A DNA stretch of 64,000 nucleotides from Candidatus Magasanikiibacteriota bacterium (GCA_041674805.1 JBAYVA010000001.1:390612-454611), one strand, 5' to 3'. Shown: positions 45,247-55,797, counted from the first letter of the stretch. Program-made: numbers and translations. The notes: generated by a model from the letters alone, not told the origin.

Positions 45247-46302
45247 TTAAGTATTTGATTTCATTTTGTCTTTTGAATGTTCTAGAGTTTCTTGAAATTT
45301 ATTCATTTCATCTTTTTTCTTATTTCTAAGACCTTCTACCCAAGATGTATTTTCCTTATACCAATTGATAGTTTCTTCTAGACCTTGTCTAAATTTATCA
45401 GCGGTGTAAACAGGTTTCCAACCAAGTGCAGTAATTTTACTAGCATCAATAGAATATTTTCTATCATGACCAGGCCTATCTGTCACATATTCTATTTTGT
45501 CTTCACCAAATCCTAATATTTCAAGCATCATTTTGGTCAATTCCATATTGTTTCTTTCGTTGTCTGAACCAATATTATAGACTTCACCAGCCACACCTTC
45601 ATGCAAAAGCAAATCAAGTGCACTAGCGTGATCACGTACATGAATCCAATCACGGACATTTAGACCATCACCATAAACTGGTACATTTTCTCCAGCAAGA
45701 AGTTTGAAAACAAAAAATGGAATAAGTTTTTCTGGAAATTGATAAGGACCGTAATTATTGGAACAATGAGTAACAACAACAGGTACACCGTGAGTAACAA
45801 AATAAGCATGACACATCATATCTCCACCAGCCTTGGCTGCAGCATACGGCATATTTGGTGAAATTGGAGTATCCTCTGTGAATTGAGAAGGATCTTCCAA
45901 CTCTAGTGAACCATAGACTTCATCAGTAGAAACATTTACAAATTTTTTGATATTATTTTTCTTGACGGCATCAAGAATCATTTGTACACCAAGCGTATTG
46001 GTCAAAACAAAATCTTTACAACCACCATGAATAGATCTATCAACATGTGTTTCGGCCGCAAAATTTATAACATGATCAATATTATATTTTTCAATTACTT
46101 CATTTAATTTTTCCAAATCAGTGATATCCCCTTGTACAAAAGTATAATGAGGATTATTTTCTATATGTTTATGATTTTCCAAATTTCCAGCATAAGTCAA
46201 TTTGTCAAAATTAACAATTTCATAATCTGGATATTTTTCCAACATATGATGAATAAAATTGGATCCAATAAATCCAGCCCCTCCACATACAAGTAGTTTC
46301 AT
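45247..46302 (-). CDS. rmlB: dTDP-glucose 4,6-dehydratase RmlB
   Basis: MKLLVCGGAGFIGSNF, ...FAAETHVDRS, ...YAAAKAGGD (YxxxK). Confidence 0.85.
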   Translation of the reverse strand: MKLLVCGGAGFIGSNFIHHMLEKYPDYEIVNFDKLTYAGNLENHKHIENNPHYTFVQGDITDLEKLNEVIEKYNIDHVINFAAETHVDRSIHGGCKDFVLTNTLGVQMILDAVKKNNIKKFVNVSTDEVYGSLELEDPSQFTEDTPISPNMPYAAAKAGGDMMCHAYFVTHGVPVVVTHCSNNYGPYQFPEKLIPFFVFKLLAGENVPVYGDGLNVRDWIHVRDHASALDLLLHEGVAGEVYNIGSDNERNNMELTKMMLEILGFGEDKIEYVTDRPGHDRKYSIDASKITALGWKPVYTADKFRQGLEETINWYKENTSWVEGLRNKKKDEMNKFQETLEHSKDKMKSNT

Positions 46303-46327
46303 AATTTAATCTAATTAAAAATATTTT

Positions 46328-46864
46328 TTATTTAATAAAATGATTTCTGACCAATGCCCAAACAGCCATAGTAGGTCCATTAAAAATTTCATTATTCTTT
46401 ATCATTTCTTCTATCTCATCTGGGCGACGATACAAAACATCTATTTCTTCTGAATCATCTAGATTTTGCTCACCTTGCTTAGAAACGTGAGCAATATAAA
46501 CATTACAATAATTTTTTATTTGAGCTGGAGCATAAGCAAAAATTCCAACATTTACCATTTCATCAGCAGTATAACCAGTTTCTTCTTGCAATTCAGCTTT
46601 GGCTGCTTCCAATATTGTCTGGTTACCTTTGGCTTTACCTGCAGGAAATTCAATACTTTGTTTTTCAAATAAATACCTTTGCTGTAAAACAAGTGCAATT
46701 CTACCATCTGATAAAACAGGTACAATCATAACAGAACCTTCTGATTCTAAATAAAAATAATCACCAACTTGTCCATTTGGTTTTTCATAAGTATCATGTT
46801 TATATTTACACCAAGGATTTTCGTGAAGTGTCTCTTCTGATATTTTTTTTAAATGTTTGGGCAT
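46328..46864 (-). CDS. NUDIX hydrolase
   Basis: Nudix box GKAKGNQTILEAAKAELQEETGY. Confidence 0.7.
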   Translation of the reverse strand: MPKHLKKISEETLHENPWCKYKHDTYEKPNGQVGDYFYLESEGSVMIVPVLSDGRIALVLQQRYLFEKQSIEFPAGKAKGNQTILEAAKAELQEETGYTADEMVNVGIFAYAPAQIKNYCNVYIAHVSKQGEQNLDDSEEIDVLYRRPDEIEEMIKNNEIFNGPTMAVWALVRNHFIK

Positions 46865-46908
46865 AAAACAAAATTTTCAATTTAGGAATTTTAAATTTTA
46901 AAAAATGT

Positions 46909-46946
46909 AGGTCACATCCGTAAATCCGTATTATCCGTATATCAGG
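46909..46946. repeat. TCCGTANNN 9-nt-phased array element (copy B)
   Basis: aggtcacATCCGTAAATCCGTATTATCCGTATATCagg; near-identical to 17171-17210. Confidence 0.6.
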
Positions 46947-46949
46947 ATT

Positions 46950-47354
46950 TTACTTAAACAACTGATAAACTTTCTCCACACTCTCATTTCCTGGATTATT
47001 GATTATTGAGTGCATATTACCACCACCGTCATTATTATAGCGTGGCATCACATGAATATGCAAGTGTGGAACAAGTTGTCCACCAGCCTCACCATGATTC
47101 CAACCCACATTATAACCAGCAGGTTGCAAGACTTTGTCCAATTTTTCTTGTGTTTTTTTCACAGCAATTAGCAATTTTTCTGTATATACTTCTGACAATT
47201 GCAATAAATTTTCGGCATGCATCTTTGGTATTACCAAAGTATGACCTTTGGCACGAGGCGTGATATCTAGAAACGCCAAAGCATATTCATCTTCATAAAT
47301 AGTATAATTAGGTATTTCTCCTGCTATGATTTTACAAAAAATACAATTTTCCAT
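46950..47354 (-). CDS. HIT-family (histidine triad) nucleotide hydrolase
   Basis: CIFCKIIAGEIP...; HLHIHVMPR. Confidence 0.8.
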   Translation of the reverse strand: MENCIFCKIIAGEIPNYTIYEDEYALAFLDITPRAKGHTLVIPKMHAENLLQLSEVYTEKLLIAVKKTQEKLDKVLQPAGYNVGWNHGEAGGQLVPHLHIHVMPRYNNDGGGNMHSIINNPGNESVEKVYQLFK

Positions 47355-47359
47355 ATGTT

Positions 47360-48922
47360 TTATTTTAAATTTATTTTATACAAACTATGAAATTCAAAAT
47401 CCTTAAAATAAGAAATATTGAAATTAGATTTTGATAGATGATCCAAAAGTTTTTGATTATTATCTTTAGATATATTTACAAAATAGTAGATTTCTTCATT
47501 TTTTTCAAGTAATTCATACACAGTCTTGCTAATATCTTCATTAAAAAAATCTACCATTACAGACCTTTTTGGCCAAAAATATTTATCTTCATAATCCGTA
47601 ATAATAATGGCATTGGGAGATGTGTTATCTACTGTCCAATCTTGTACTTTTTCTATATAAGTAAAATTATTTTTTATTGCAAAGATACCATCTGGTCCAT
47701 AATAAACCAAATAAAAACTAAAAAACAAATGAACTGCTAAATAAAAAAATATAAATCCGTATTTCAAATGAATATTCTTTATCTTGTCAAAAATGAAAAT
47801 CAAAGCAAAAGCAATGATTGGTACAAAACCCACAAAAACAGGCAACCAATAACGCACATAAGCCACGGTAATAGTATTCAAAGAAAACAAAGCGTCTCTA
47901 TTACTGCCATAATAGAAAAATAAGAATGAGCTCACAAACAATAAAACTAAAAAATAAACAAATTGCATTTTATTTATTTTTGTTTTAGTAAACAAATAAA
48001 CAAACAAAAATGAAGAAAACAAAGCAGACAAAGAATACAATAAATTAATTTTAAAAAAGTAAAACCAGACAGACTTGGCAGTGATCCAAAAATCAAAACC
48101 TAAAGGTAAAACAAAAAAATACCAATGTCTTATAGGCAAAGAACCAGAAGAAATATAGTTACTAAAAAAACCATTGTACAAATATTTACTAAAACCAAAA
48201 TAAAATAATAGGAAAAACAAACCAACCAAACACCAAGAAAAAAATCTAGACCATGCTATATTTTTTTTGAAAACTAACAAAAAAATCAAATAAGCAATTG
48301 CCAACCAAACAACTTCATTGGTTCTAAACAAAACACCCAACAAAAAAATAAACATACCCAAAAAATCATTGAGCCACAATCTACTTTTCACAGGACGCAC
48401 AAACAAAAACCAAACACCAATAATAACCAAAGAAACAAACGGCATATTGTGAAACATCGAACGAGAACTGTAGTACCAAACAGAATAATTTGTTACAAAC
48501 AAAAAGGCACTAAGCAGAGCTATCCTCTTTTCAAAAAGTTTTTCCACAATAAAATAAAAAGCCCACATAGCCATTATCACAAACACCGAAGTGAAAAATT
48601 TTACAGCATACACTGAAAAAATTTTACCTAACAATCCATAAACAAGCATAATTCCCCAAAAGCTAATAGGCAAAACTTGTTTATTTTCATTTACAAAAGT
48701 ACTTCTAGGATGTACAAAAAAGCTCTGTTTTCCAAAATCTTTTATAGGTTGCAAAAATAAATTGTTATTTTCCAAAAAATTGTTTACAAAAACAAAGTTA
48801 GCATTTTCATCAGGAGAATTAAAAATGAAGTTATTATTAAAATTCAAAAAATTATAAATGAAAAAAAATACTATCGACAAGAAAGCTAACAACAAATAAT
48901 TTTTATTTTTTATCCAATTCAT
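47360..48922 (-). CDS. polytopic membrane glycosyltransferase, GT-C fold (ArnT/PMT-like, GT39/GT83-type)
   Basis: 520 aa, at least 10 TM helices; a D-E motif in the first extracytoplasmic loop (NSPDENANF). Confidence 0.45.
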   Translation of the reverse strand: MNWIKNKNYLLLAFLSIVFFFIYNFLNFNNNFIFNSPDENANFVFVNNFLENNNLFLQPIKDFGKQSFFVHPRSTFVNENKQVLPISFWGIMLVYGLLGKIFSVYAVKFFTSVFVIMAMWAFYFIVEKLFEKRIALLSAFLFVTNYSVWYYSSRSMFHNMPFVSLVIIGVWFLFVRPVKSRLWLNDFLGMFIFLLGVLFRTNEVVWLAIAYLIFLLVFKKNIAWSRFFSWCLVGLFFLLFYFGFSKYLYNGFFSNYISSGSLPIRHWYFFVLPLGFDFWITAKSVWFYFFKINLLYSLSALFSSFLFVYLFTKTKINKMQFVYFLVLLFVSSFLFFYYGSNRDALFSLNTITVAYVRYWLPVFVGFVPIIAFALIFIFDKIKNIHLKYGFIFFYLAVHLFFSFYLVYYGPDGIFAIKNNFTYIEKVQDWTVDNTSPNAIIITDYEDKYFWPKRSVMVDFFNEDISKTVYELLEKNEEIYYFVNISKDNNQKLLDHLSKSNFNISYFKDFEFHSLYKINLK

Positions 48923-48928
48923 AAAAAA

Positions 48929-49555
48929 TTATATTCCGTGTCTAAAAAGACTGACCAAAGCAAAACCAACAGACAAACCAAGGATCATATTAGCCAAATT
49001 AAATAAGTAAGGATTTTCGAAAACAAGAGCGATCAAAATCAAACATATTGACAATACCTGCAAAAACATTTTTATTTTACCCCACAAATTTGCCATTCTC
49101 ACAGTTTTGAACTTTACTCTATACAAATAAGCCATACTAATAAAAATAATTTCAATACCCAACACAGCAATACCAAGCCAAAAATTATTCAAATATTTGA
49201 AAACCAAAAGTAAAACCATAGAACCAATGAGCAACTTGTCAGCCAAAGGATCTATCAAAATTCCAAATTTTGTAATTTTGTTTTGTGTGCGAGCCAAAGA
49301 ACCATCTAGAGCATCCGTAAATGCTACTAGTACAAAAGCTACCACACCAATATTATAAAATCCAAACAAAATAAGCAAAAAAACAAAAGGTGTCGCTAAA
49401 ATACGAAAAATACTTATTCTATTTGGAGTCACAGACTTAGGCAAAAAACGCAAAATATAATTCTCCAAAAAATGATCATGAGGATGAATTTCTTCTGCTG
49501 GCAAATAATCAAACAAGTCAACGTTCCTCTCTTTGAAATCCTTGATAAAAGACAT
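48929..49555 (-). CDS. CDP-alcohol phosphatidyltransferase family protein
   Basis: DALDGSLARTQNKITKFGILIDPLADKLL matches D-G-x2-A-R-x8-G-x3-D-x3-D. Confidence 0.8.
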   Translation of the reverse strand: MSFIKDFKERNVDLFDYLPAEEIHPHDHFLENYILRFLPKSVTPNRISIFRILATPFVFLLILFGFYNIGVVAFVLVAFTDALDGSLARTQNKITKFGILIDPLADKLLIGSMVLLLVFKYLNNFWLGIAVLGIEIIFISMAYLYRVKFKTVRMANLWGKIKMFLQVLSICLILIALVFENPYLFNLANMILGLSVGFALVSLFRHGI

Positions 49556-49585
49556 AAATTTGATATAATAGTGAAATTAAAGTCT

Positions 49586-51715
49586 ATGACAAAACTATTT
49601 AAAAAGTATATCACGCTTGGGACCCTTATTACAACTCTGTTGTTCCTCTCTATCTGGTATTACCAAAATCCTATTTTTGGCACTTTAACCTATATTTTAT
49701 ATTTAGTTTTTTTTGGTTACTCTCTTGGCAACTTCTTTATCAAACAGGAAAAACCATTTTGGAAGCTATTTTTTGGTATTATTGGCCTTATGGCTTTTAC
49801 TACCTCCCTATTATCTATCATCTATTGGTTTTATCAGATAGATCAATTCACCATTACTTTAGTCTTTTTATTTACCTCACTAAAAATTGTATGCTTATCT
49901 AGAAAAATGAACTTTACAGATTTGGCTATTTTACAAAAAAATCAACTAACTTTCAAAAAAACAAAAGATTATTTAAAACAAAATATTCTAGGAGTTATAA
50001 TTTTCCTAGGACAAATCTTCATACTAACAATTATATTCCAACATCGTTATGATGAAACAATTATTTCTCCTTGGACACTTTTTAGTAAAAAAATATTTAT
50101 CCTCTTCTTTTTAGTTTCAGCGCTTTTACTATTCTTTTTACAAAAATCAAAATATAAAAAAACCAATCTGCTACTTATCACCTTGCACACTGCCATTATT
50201 TTGAATGTTGCTTTTTTGGTTTTCAAATATGGTTATGGTTTTGATCCACATATTCACGAAGCTACCGAAAAATGGATTAGAGAACATCTCTTCATTACAC
50301 CCAAACAACCTTACTACATTGGACAATATATATGGGTGGTTACTACAAATTTTATTACCAAACTTTCTATTACCAATTTAGATAGAATCCTAGTACCAAT
50401 ATTTGCTTCTTTGGCTATACCACTCAGTCTTTATTTTGCTCTGGTAAAAAATAATTTCAAAAATAAAATATTTCCAGCCTTAGTTTTGATCTCACTTATA
50501 CCACTCAACTTTTTTATTTTTACTACACCAAACAATCTAGCTTTACTTATGTCAATGATTATTGTTTCTTGGATTTGGTACGAAAATCAATATAACAATC
50601 TACATACCAATGTTTTTGGAATTCTAATCAATACACTCAACATTGCTATTCACCCTATTATTGGACTACCTATGTTTGTTATTTATTTATCTTCTATTGT
50701 TTACAAAAAAATAAATAATAATCTCAAAAAAATATTTTATCCATTATATATTTTTATTTTAACATTTACCGTTCCATTAGCTCTTTACCTCAACTCTATT
50801 CTCAACAAAGGATCTTTGATACTAAAAAATACTTTTCTCAATGCCCCAGATTTTTTTGACATTTTTGCCAGACCAGATTATATCTTCATTGAACGTGGTT
50901 CAAGATTATTAAAACTTTTATATTATTATCGAGATATTTTGAAACCACTAATGATAATAATTATTATAATAGGCGTTTTTTTAGCTCTAAAAAAATACAA
51001 AAAAAATATTACCTATTTTTTCATTAGCACTTTTTTTGCTCTCTCTATTTCTTCTTTCCTAATTATTACTTCTGTCCAATTCAAAGATGTCATTTCTTAT
51101 GACCAAAAATTATATGGCACTAGACTACTTGATTTAAGTTTAATTTTATTTTTACCTTTTTTTGTTATTGCGCTTAGAGAAATATTTATCAAAATAAAAC
51201 ACCAAAAAAACTTGCAAATAATTGTCACTATTTTTTTTGCTCTATTGTTTACACTTTCTTGGTTTTTTACTTACCCAACTCACGATAATATTTCAATCTA
51301 CACTGGACAAAATTTGAGGAAAGCTGATGTAATTGCTGTCAAATTTATTGCTGACAGAAATAATAATCAAAAAGATTATATTGTACTCACCAACCAAGCT
51401 GTGGCTACAGCTGCTTTATTGGAATTTGGTTTTGACGGTTATTTAAATACAAAGGAAGGTTTGCAATATTTTTATTCTATTCCAACTGGCGGACCACTTT
51501 ATCAATACTTTAGCAAAATGATTTATGTCAAAACCGAAAGATTGTGGATGGAAGAAGCCATGAAATTTGCCAACGTCAAAAAAGCTTACTTCATCCATAC
51601 TGACTATTGGAGTCCAGCTGTCAAAATTCGTGATGACGCCAAAGTAGATGCAGACAACTGGTGGGAACTAGACAACGGTCGAATTTGGGTCTATGAATAC
51701 CTTTTGAAAAAATAA
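49586..51715 (+). CDS. large polytopic membrane protein with C-terminal soluble domain (putative glycan polymerase/transferase; family unresolved)
   Basis: Start set at the ATG at 49586 (MTKLFKKY...), because the track start 49472 overlaps the convergent upstream gene. More than 12 TM helices; no STT3 WWDYG motif. Confidence 0.45.
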   Translation: MTKLFKKYITLGTLITTLLFLSIWYYQNPIFGTLTYILYLVFFGYSLGNFFIKQEKPFWKLFFGIIGLMAFTTSLLSIIYWFYQIDQFTITLVFLFTSLKIVCLSRKMNFTDLAILQKNQLTFKKTKDYLKQNILGVIIFLGQIFILTIIFQHRYDETIISPWTLFSKKIFILFFLVSALLLFFLQKSKYKKTNLLLITLHTAIILNVAFLVFKYGYGFDPHIHEATEKWIREHLFITPKQPYYIGQYIWVVTTNFITKLSITNLDRILVPIFASLAIPLSLYFALVKNNFKNKIFPALVLISLIPLNFFIFTTPNNLALLMSMIIVSWIWYENQYNNLHTNVFGILINTLNIAIHPIIGLPMFVIYLSSIVYKKINNNLKKIFYPLYIFILTFTVPLALYLNSILNKGSLILKNTFLNAPDFFDIFARPDYIFIERGSRLLKLLYYYRDILKPLMIIIIIIGVFLALKKYKKNITYFFISTFFALSISSFLIITSVQFKDVISYDQKLYGTRLLDLSLILFLPFFVIALREIFIKIKHQKNLQIIVTIFFALLFTLSWFFTYPTHDNISIYTGQNLRKADVIAVKFIADRNNNQKDYIVLTNQAVATAALLEFGFDGYLNTKEGLQYFYSIPTGGPLYQYFSKMIYVKTERLWMEEAMKFANVKKAYFIHTDYWSPAVKIRDDAKVDADNWWELDNGRIWVYEYLLKK

Positions 51716-52894
51716 TTACTTGTACAAGTTTAATAACTCAACAAAATAATTATCACTATTTTTTTTTAAAATATTAATATCAAAATTGAGAGACATCTTT
51801 TTGATGTTTATTTTATTTTCCAAGCACCACTGCATTTTTTCTACTAAATCATTTTTCTTTTCTATATAAAAAAGCCAACCATTCTCCCCTACTTTTATAA
51901 ACTCAGGAAGAGACGAATGATTGCTAGCCAATACTGGCACAGCAAAATAAAAACTTTCAAAAATTACTGATGGATAATTCTCATAACAAATTGAAGGAAA
52001 AACCGTCACATCCATTTTAGAAAATATTTCTGGCAATTCTTCCCTACTCTTACGTCCATAAAAAATTACATTGTCCAAATTTTGAAATTTGTTTTTTAAT
52101 TCTTTGAGACAAGAACCATCACCCACTACATGCAATTTAGTATTTTTAATTTTTTTGAAAGCATCTATTAATTCAAAAATTCCCTTATGTTTTTCTATTT
52201 GTCCCAAATACAAAAAATTAAAATCTTGATTAGATTTTTTTACAATATTATTAACGTTGTCAAAAGTCAAAGGATTAGCTAAAACAATTTTTTTAGAACT
52301 AGAAAAAAAACCCTTCTTATCATAAAAGTTTAGTAAGAAATTTGAAGGTGCAATTACAATATCTGGAGACAAAAACATTCTTTTTGTCAAAAAAACATAT
52401 AAATAAACAAAAATGTTGTTGTATCTAAATGATTTTTCTTGAAGCTTCAAAATAATACCACTAGGTTCTACCAATTGCACATCATGCAAAGTATGTATGT
52501 ATTTAATTTTTAATTTTCTAATTACACTAGGTACCAAAAAACCAAGCCCCATCAAATTGTGAGTATGCACTAAATCTGGTTTTTCTTGTTGTAAAATATT
52601 TTTGATTTTTCTAGCAATACCAAAATTGAAAATATCAAAAAAATGCCAAACAAATTTTGATAAAAAAGAATGTTTATGTAAATCAAAAAAAGAAAAAATA
52701 TTTTTTGCTTTTATACGATAAATAGTCAAATTACTATTACTTATAATTTCTTCATCATTATCTTTCGGAGTAAGTGTAATTAATACTACTTGATGATTAT
52801 TTTTTAACAAAAAATCAACAATAGCTTTTACAACTTGTTCAGCACCACCTTTAGCATAAGGTTCATACAAATTATTGATAAGACAAATTTTCAT
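51716..52894 (-). CDS. glycosyltransferase family 4 (GT-B)
   Basis: INNLYEPYAKGGAEQVV (GT4 N-terminal motif); C-terminal E..xxxxE region. Start at the internal Met MKICL. Confidence 0.7.
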   Translation of the reverse strand: MKICLINNLYEPYAKGGAEQVVKAIVDFLLKNNHQVVLITLTPKDNDEEIISNSNLTIYRIKAKNIFSFFDLHKHSFLSKFVWHFFDIFNFGIARKIKNILQQEKPDLVHTHNLMGLGFLVPSVIRKLKIKYIHTLHDVQLVEPSGIILKLQEKSFRYNNIFVYLYVFLTKRMFLSPDIVIAPSNFLLNFYDKKGFFSSSKKIVLANPLTFDNVNNIVKKSNQDFNFLYLGQIEKHKGIFELIDAFKKIKNTKLHVVGDGSCLKELKNKFQNLDNVIFYGRKSREELPEIFSKMDVTVFPSICYENYPSVIFESFYFAVPVLASNHSSLPEFIKVGENGWLFYIEKKNDLVEKMQWCLENKINIKKMSLNFDINILKKNSDNYFVELLNLYK

Positions 52895-53137
52895 AAAAAA
52901 TATAATAAATACAATGTATCTGTTTATACGAAGTCCCACCATTCATCGCGGATTTTTTATTGTATTAGAACTATACCTAGTTTAGCACTTAAGTCTTCTA
53001 TTTTCAAGATGCTAGATTTGGATTAAATAAAAAATAGCACAACCATTAAAATATTAGTCGTGCTATTTTTTGAACTGTATAAATAGTATTATAGAATGTA
53101 ATGAATCCATTTTTTAGTTCAAAATTATTCTAGTAAT

Positions 53138-53326
53138 TTATTTTTTTAATTGTACAACATTATGTAATAATATTATACCAGTAACTATTGGTATGATTCC
53201 TACAAAAATTATTAACATAATACTTAAAGCTAATCCTTGATTTGGTATTTCTAGTATTAAACCTAAAATCATAAAACAGCCAACAATTATTGATATGATT
53301 CCTAGTATTAATTTAAGAATTTTCAT
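53138..53326 (-). CDS. possible small two-TM membrane protein (62 aa)
   Basis: Two clean hydrophobic helices but no SD sequence; it sits in a 620-bp intergenic region. Confidence 0.25.
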   Translation of the reverse strand: MKILKLILGIISIIVGCFMILGLILEIPNQGLALSIMLIIFVGIIPIVTGIILLHNVVQLKK

Positions 53327-53562
53327 AGATGTAAAATTATTATTTAATTGTATTTTATAATATTATCAGAATGATTTTTAATCGTCAAATCACTAAAAGT
53401 GTATTCCTTATTTCAGATAACTACTTGTATACGATAATACCATAAATTAGCAAAAAAACAAACTTTTGAACAGTCTAAACACATAATACACACAACAGGC
53501 TAAATCAAAAGCCTTGTTTTCCTGACAAATCTAATGTAATATACTATCACTAGAGATAATTT

Positions 53563-54957
53563 ATGCCAGAAATTACAGACATTGAAAAAATTCCACCACA
53601 AAATATTGAAGCCGAAAAATCACTTTTGGGCTCTATTTTAATTGATAAAGATGCCATGCTAAAAATCTCAGACATAGTAGAAAGTGCTGACTTTTACAAA
53701 AGATCACATGCCTATATCTATGAAATAATGTCCGAATTATATCAAAAAAATGAACCTATCGATGTTTTAACTGTAGCTAATCGCTTAGAAGAAAGACAAA
53801 TTCTAGAAAAATGTGGTGGTAGAAGCTACTTAGTAGAACTATCTAACTCTGTACCAACAGCTTCTCATATCAAACAATATGCTGAAATAATCAAACGTAA
53901 ATCTACTTTACGCCAATTATTGAATTCTGCACATGAAATTTCCAAATTAGGTTATCAAGAAGACGTCGACGATGTAGACCAACTTTTAGACCAAGCCCAA
54001 CAACATCTTTACGGTATAACTCAAAAGCATATGAAACAAACTTTTGTTTCTATTCGTGGTATTTTGAGTACTGCTTTTGAACGTATTGATGAACTACACA
54101 AGGAAAAAGGTAAACTCCGTGGCGTACCAAGTGGTATCACTAAATTAGATGATTTACTTGGTGGTTTCCAAAAATCTGATCTAATAATTTTAGCTGCCCG
54201 TCCATCTGTTGGTAAAACTTCTTTTGCTTTAGACATAGCTCGTCATGCTGCCACAAAACACAAAGTCCCTGTTGGTTTTTTTTCACTTGAAATGAGTAAA
54301 GAACAACTAGTAGATAGAATGCTTTGTGCTGAGGCTGGTATTGACTTGTGGAAGATGAGAACTGGCAATTTGTCAGATAAACCTGATAGCGATGACTTTC
54401 CTCGTATTGGACACGCTATGGGTGTACTTTCCGAAGCACCAATTTATATTGATGATACTCCAGGAAACAATGTTATGCAGATTAGAACAAAAGCTCGTCG
54501 CCTTCAAGCAGAACACGGACTTGGTATGATTGTTATTGACTATATGCAACTTATGGAATCTCACAATGACAAAAATAGCAGTAACCGCGTGCAAGAAGTC
54601 GCTGTTATTAGTAGAAATCTAAAAGGTATTGCCCGTGAATTGAATATTCCTGTAATTGCCCTATCTCAGTTAGCTCGTGCAGTAGAACAAAGCAAACCAG
54701 CTATTCCAAAATTATCTCACTTACGTGAATCTGGTAGTATTGAACAGGATGCTGATATCGTTATGTTTTTGTATCGTAAATCTGTTGATAGAAATTATCG
54801 CCCAGAAGATATTCCACCTGATGAAAAAAATATTGCTGAAATACACATTGCTAAACATAGAAATGGTCCAACTGGTGTAGTTCGTACTTACTTTGATGAA
54901 GCTCGTACTTCTTTCAAAAATCTTGATACCAATACGACTTATGATAGTGGGGAATAA
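53563..54957 (+). CDS. dnaB: replicative DNA helicase DnaB
   Basis: PPQNIEAEKSLLGSIL..., Walker A ARPSVGKTSFAL, Walker B IVIDYMQLM, ...SQLARAVEQ, ...LRESGSIEQDADIVMFLYR. Confidence 0.92.
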   Translation: MPEITDIEKIPPQNIEAEKSLLGSILIDKDAMLKISDIVESADFYKRSHAYIYEIMSELYQKNEPIDVLTVANRLEERQILEKCGGRSYLVELSNSVPTASHIKQYAEIIKRKSTLRQLLNSAHEISKLGYQEDVDDVDQLLDQAQQHLYGITQKHMKQTFVSIRGILSTAFERIDELHKEKGKLRGVPSGITKLDDLLGGFQKSDLIILAARPSVGKTSFALDIARHAATKHKVPVGFFSLEMSKEQLVDRMLCAEAGIDLWKMRTGNLSDKPDSDDFPRIGHAMGVLSEAPIYIDDTPGNNVMQIRTKARRLQAEHGLGMIVIDYMQLMESHNDKNSSNRVQEVAVISRNLKGIARELNIPVIALSQLARAVEQSKPAIPKLSHLRESGSIEQDADIVMFLYRKSVDRNYRPEDIPPDEKNIAEIHIAKHRNGPTGVVRTYFDEARTSFKNLDTNTTYDSGE

Positions 54958-54977
54958 AAAAGCCTGAAAGGCTTTTT
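54957..54977 (+). terminator. rho-independent terminator after dnaB
   Basis: AAAAGCCT-gaa-AGGCTTTT + TG; also the first unit of the GCCTTT array family. Confidence 0.65.
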
Positions 54978-54987
54978 GATAATAATA

Positions 54988-55027
54988 GCTTTTTAAGCCT
55001 TTCTGGCATTTTAGGCCTTTCAAGCTT
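54988..55027. repeat. GCCTTTNNN 9-nt-phased tandem array (single arm)
   Basis: agcttttta/agcctttct/ggcatttta/ggcctttca/agctt. Confidence 0.65.
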
Positions 55028-55098
55028 ACTTTAAAAATGTTAAAATATAAAAACAATATAAACTTTATTAATTAAAAAAATATTAAATATAAAACCGT

Positions 55099-55395
55099 AT
55101 GTTCAACAAACTAAAACAATTCAAAGATCTTCGTGATCAAGCCAAAGAAATGCAAAGTAAATTAGCAGAAGAAAAAGTAACAAGTTCTTCCAACGGTGTA
55201 GAACTTACTATGAATGGTAATTTGGAAATCATAAATGTTAATATTTCTCCAGAACTTTTATCTACAGACAAAAAAGCCAAATTAGAAACAGCTTTCAAGG
55301 ATGCTCACGCTGACGCTTTGAAAAAGATGCAAAGAATAATGGCTATGAAAATGAAAGAAATGGGAGGACTTCCAAATATTCCAGGACTCTCATAG
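55099..55395 (+). CDS. ybaB: nucleoid-associated protein YbaB/EbfC
   Basis: 98 aa; MFNKLKQFKDLRDQAKEMQSKL...GNLEIINVNISPELL...AFKDAHADALKKM. Confidence 0.8.
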   Translation: MFNKLKQFKDLRDQAKEMQSKLAEEKVTSSSNGVELTMNGNLEIINVNISPELLSTDKKAKLETAFKDAHADALKKMQRIMAMKMKEMGGLPNIPGLS

Positions 55396-55423
55396 TTCTT
55401 AGTTCGCAGTTCATAGTTCATAG
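55393..55423. repeat. AGTTCNN heptamer tandem array (x4), left inverted flank of the four-helix-bundle gene
   Basis: tagttctt/agttcgc/agttcat/agttcat/ag. Confidence 0.6.
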
Positions 55424-55429
55424 ATTTGT

Positions 55430-55783
55430 ATGCAAACATGCAAGGATTTGAAAGTCTGTCAAAAATCGATAAAATTAGTTACTTCAATTTATAAATTGAC
55501 AGAATCTTTCCCTGACATAGAAAAATTTGGATTGATAAGTCAGATGAGGAGAGCTTCAGTATCAATACCATCAAACATAGCTGAAGGTTTTGCCAGAAGA
55601 AACAAAAAAGAAAATGCTCATTTTATCAGCATTTCTTATGCCTCCGGCACAGAGTTAGATACTCAACTTGTTATAGCAAAAGAGTTAAATTTCATTTCTG
55701 AACAAAATTTAAAAGAAGTTGCATCACAACTCGAAGAAATTTTAAAGATGCTTTATTCTTACCGCGAATACCTATACAAATAA
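55430..55783 (+). CDS. four-helix-bundle protein (23S rRNA intervening-sequence protein family, TIGR02436-like)
   Basis: DLKVCQKSIKLVTSIYKLTESFPDIEKFGLISQMRRASVSIPSNIAEGFARR...FISISYASGTELDTQLVIAKEL. Confidence 0.7.
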   Translation: MQTCKDLKVCQKSIKLVTSIYKLTESFPDIEKFGLISQMRRASVSIPSNIAEGFARRNKKENAHFISISYASGTELDTQLVIAKELNFISEQNLKEVASQLEEILKMLYSYREYLYK

Positions 55784-55797
55784 AATATTTCAAAAAT

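Noticed and set aside
52943-53562. Possible replication origin upstream of dnaB (620-bp AT-rich intergenic region)
   Set aside because: I found no DnaA boxes (TTATCCACA / TGTGGATAA) or AT-rich 13-mer cluster, and dnaB is not normally oriC-adjacent. Only a terminator-like hairpin (AAAATAGCAC...GTGCTATTTT, about 53036-53076) and a doubtful 62-aa membrane ORF are present.
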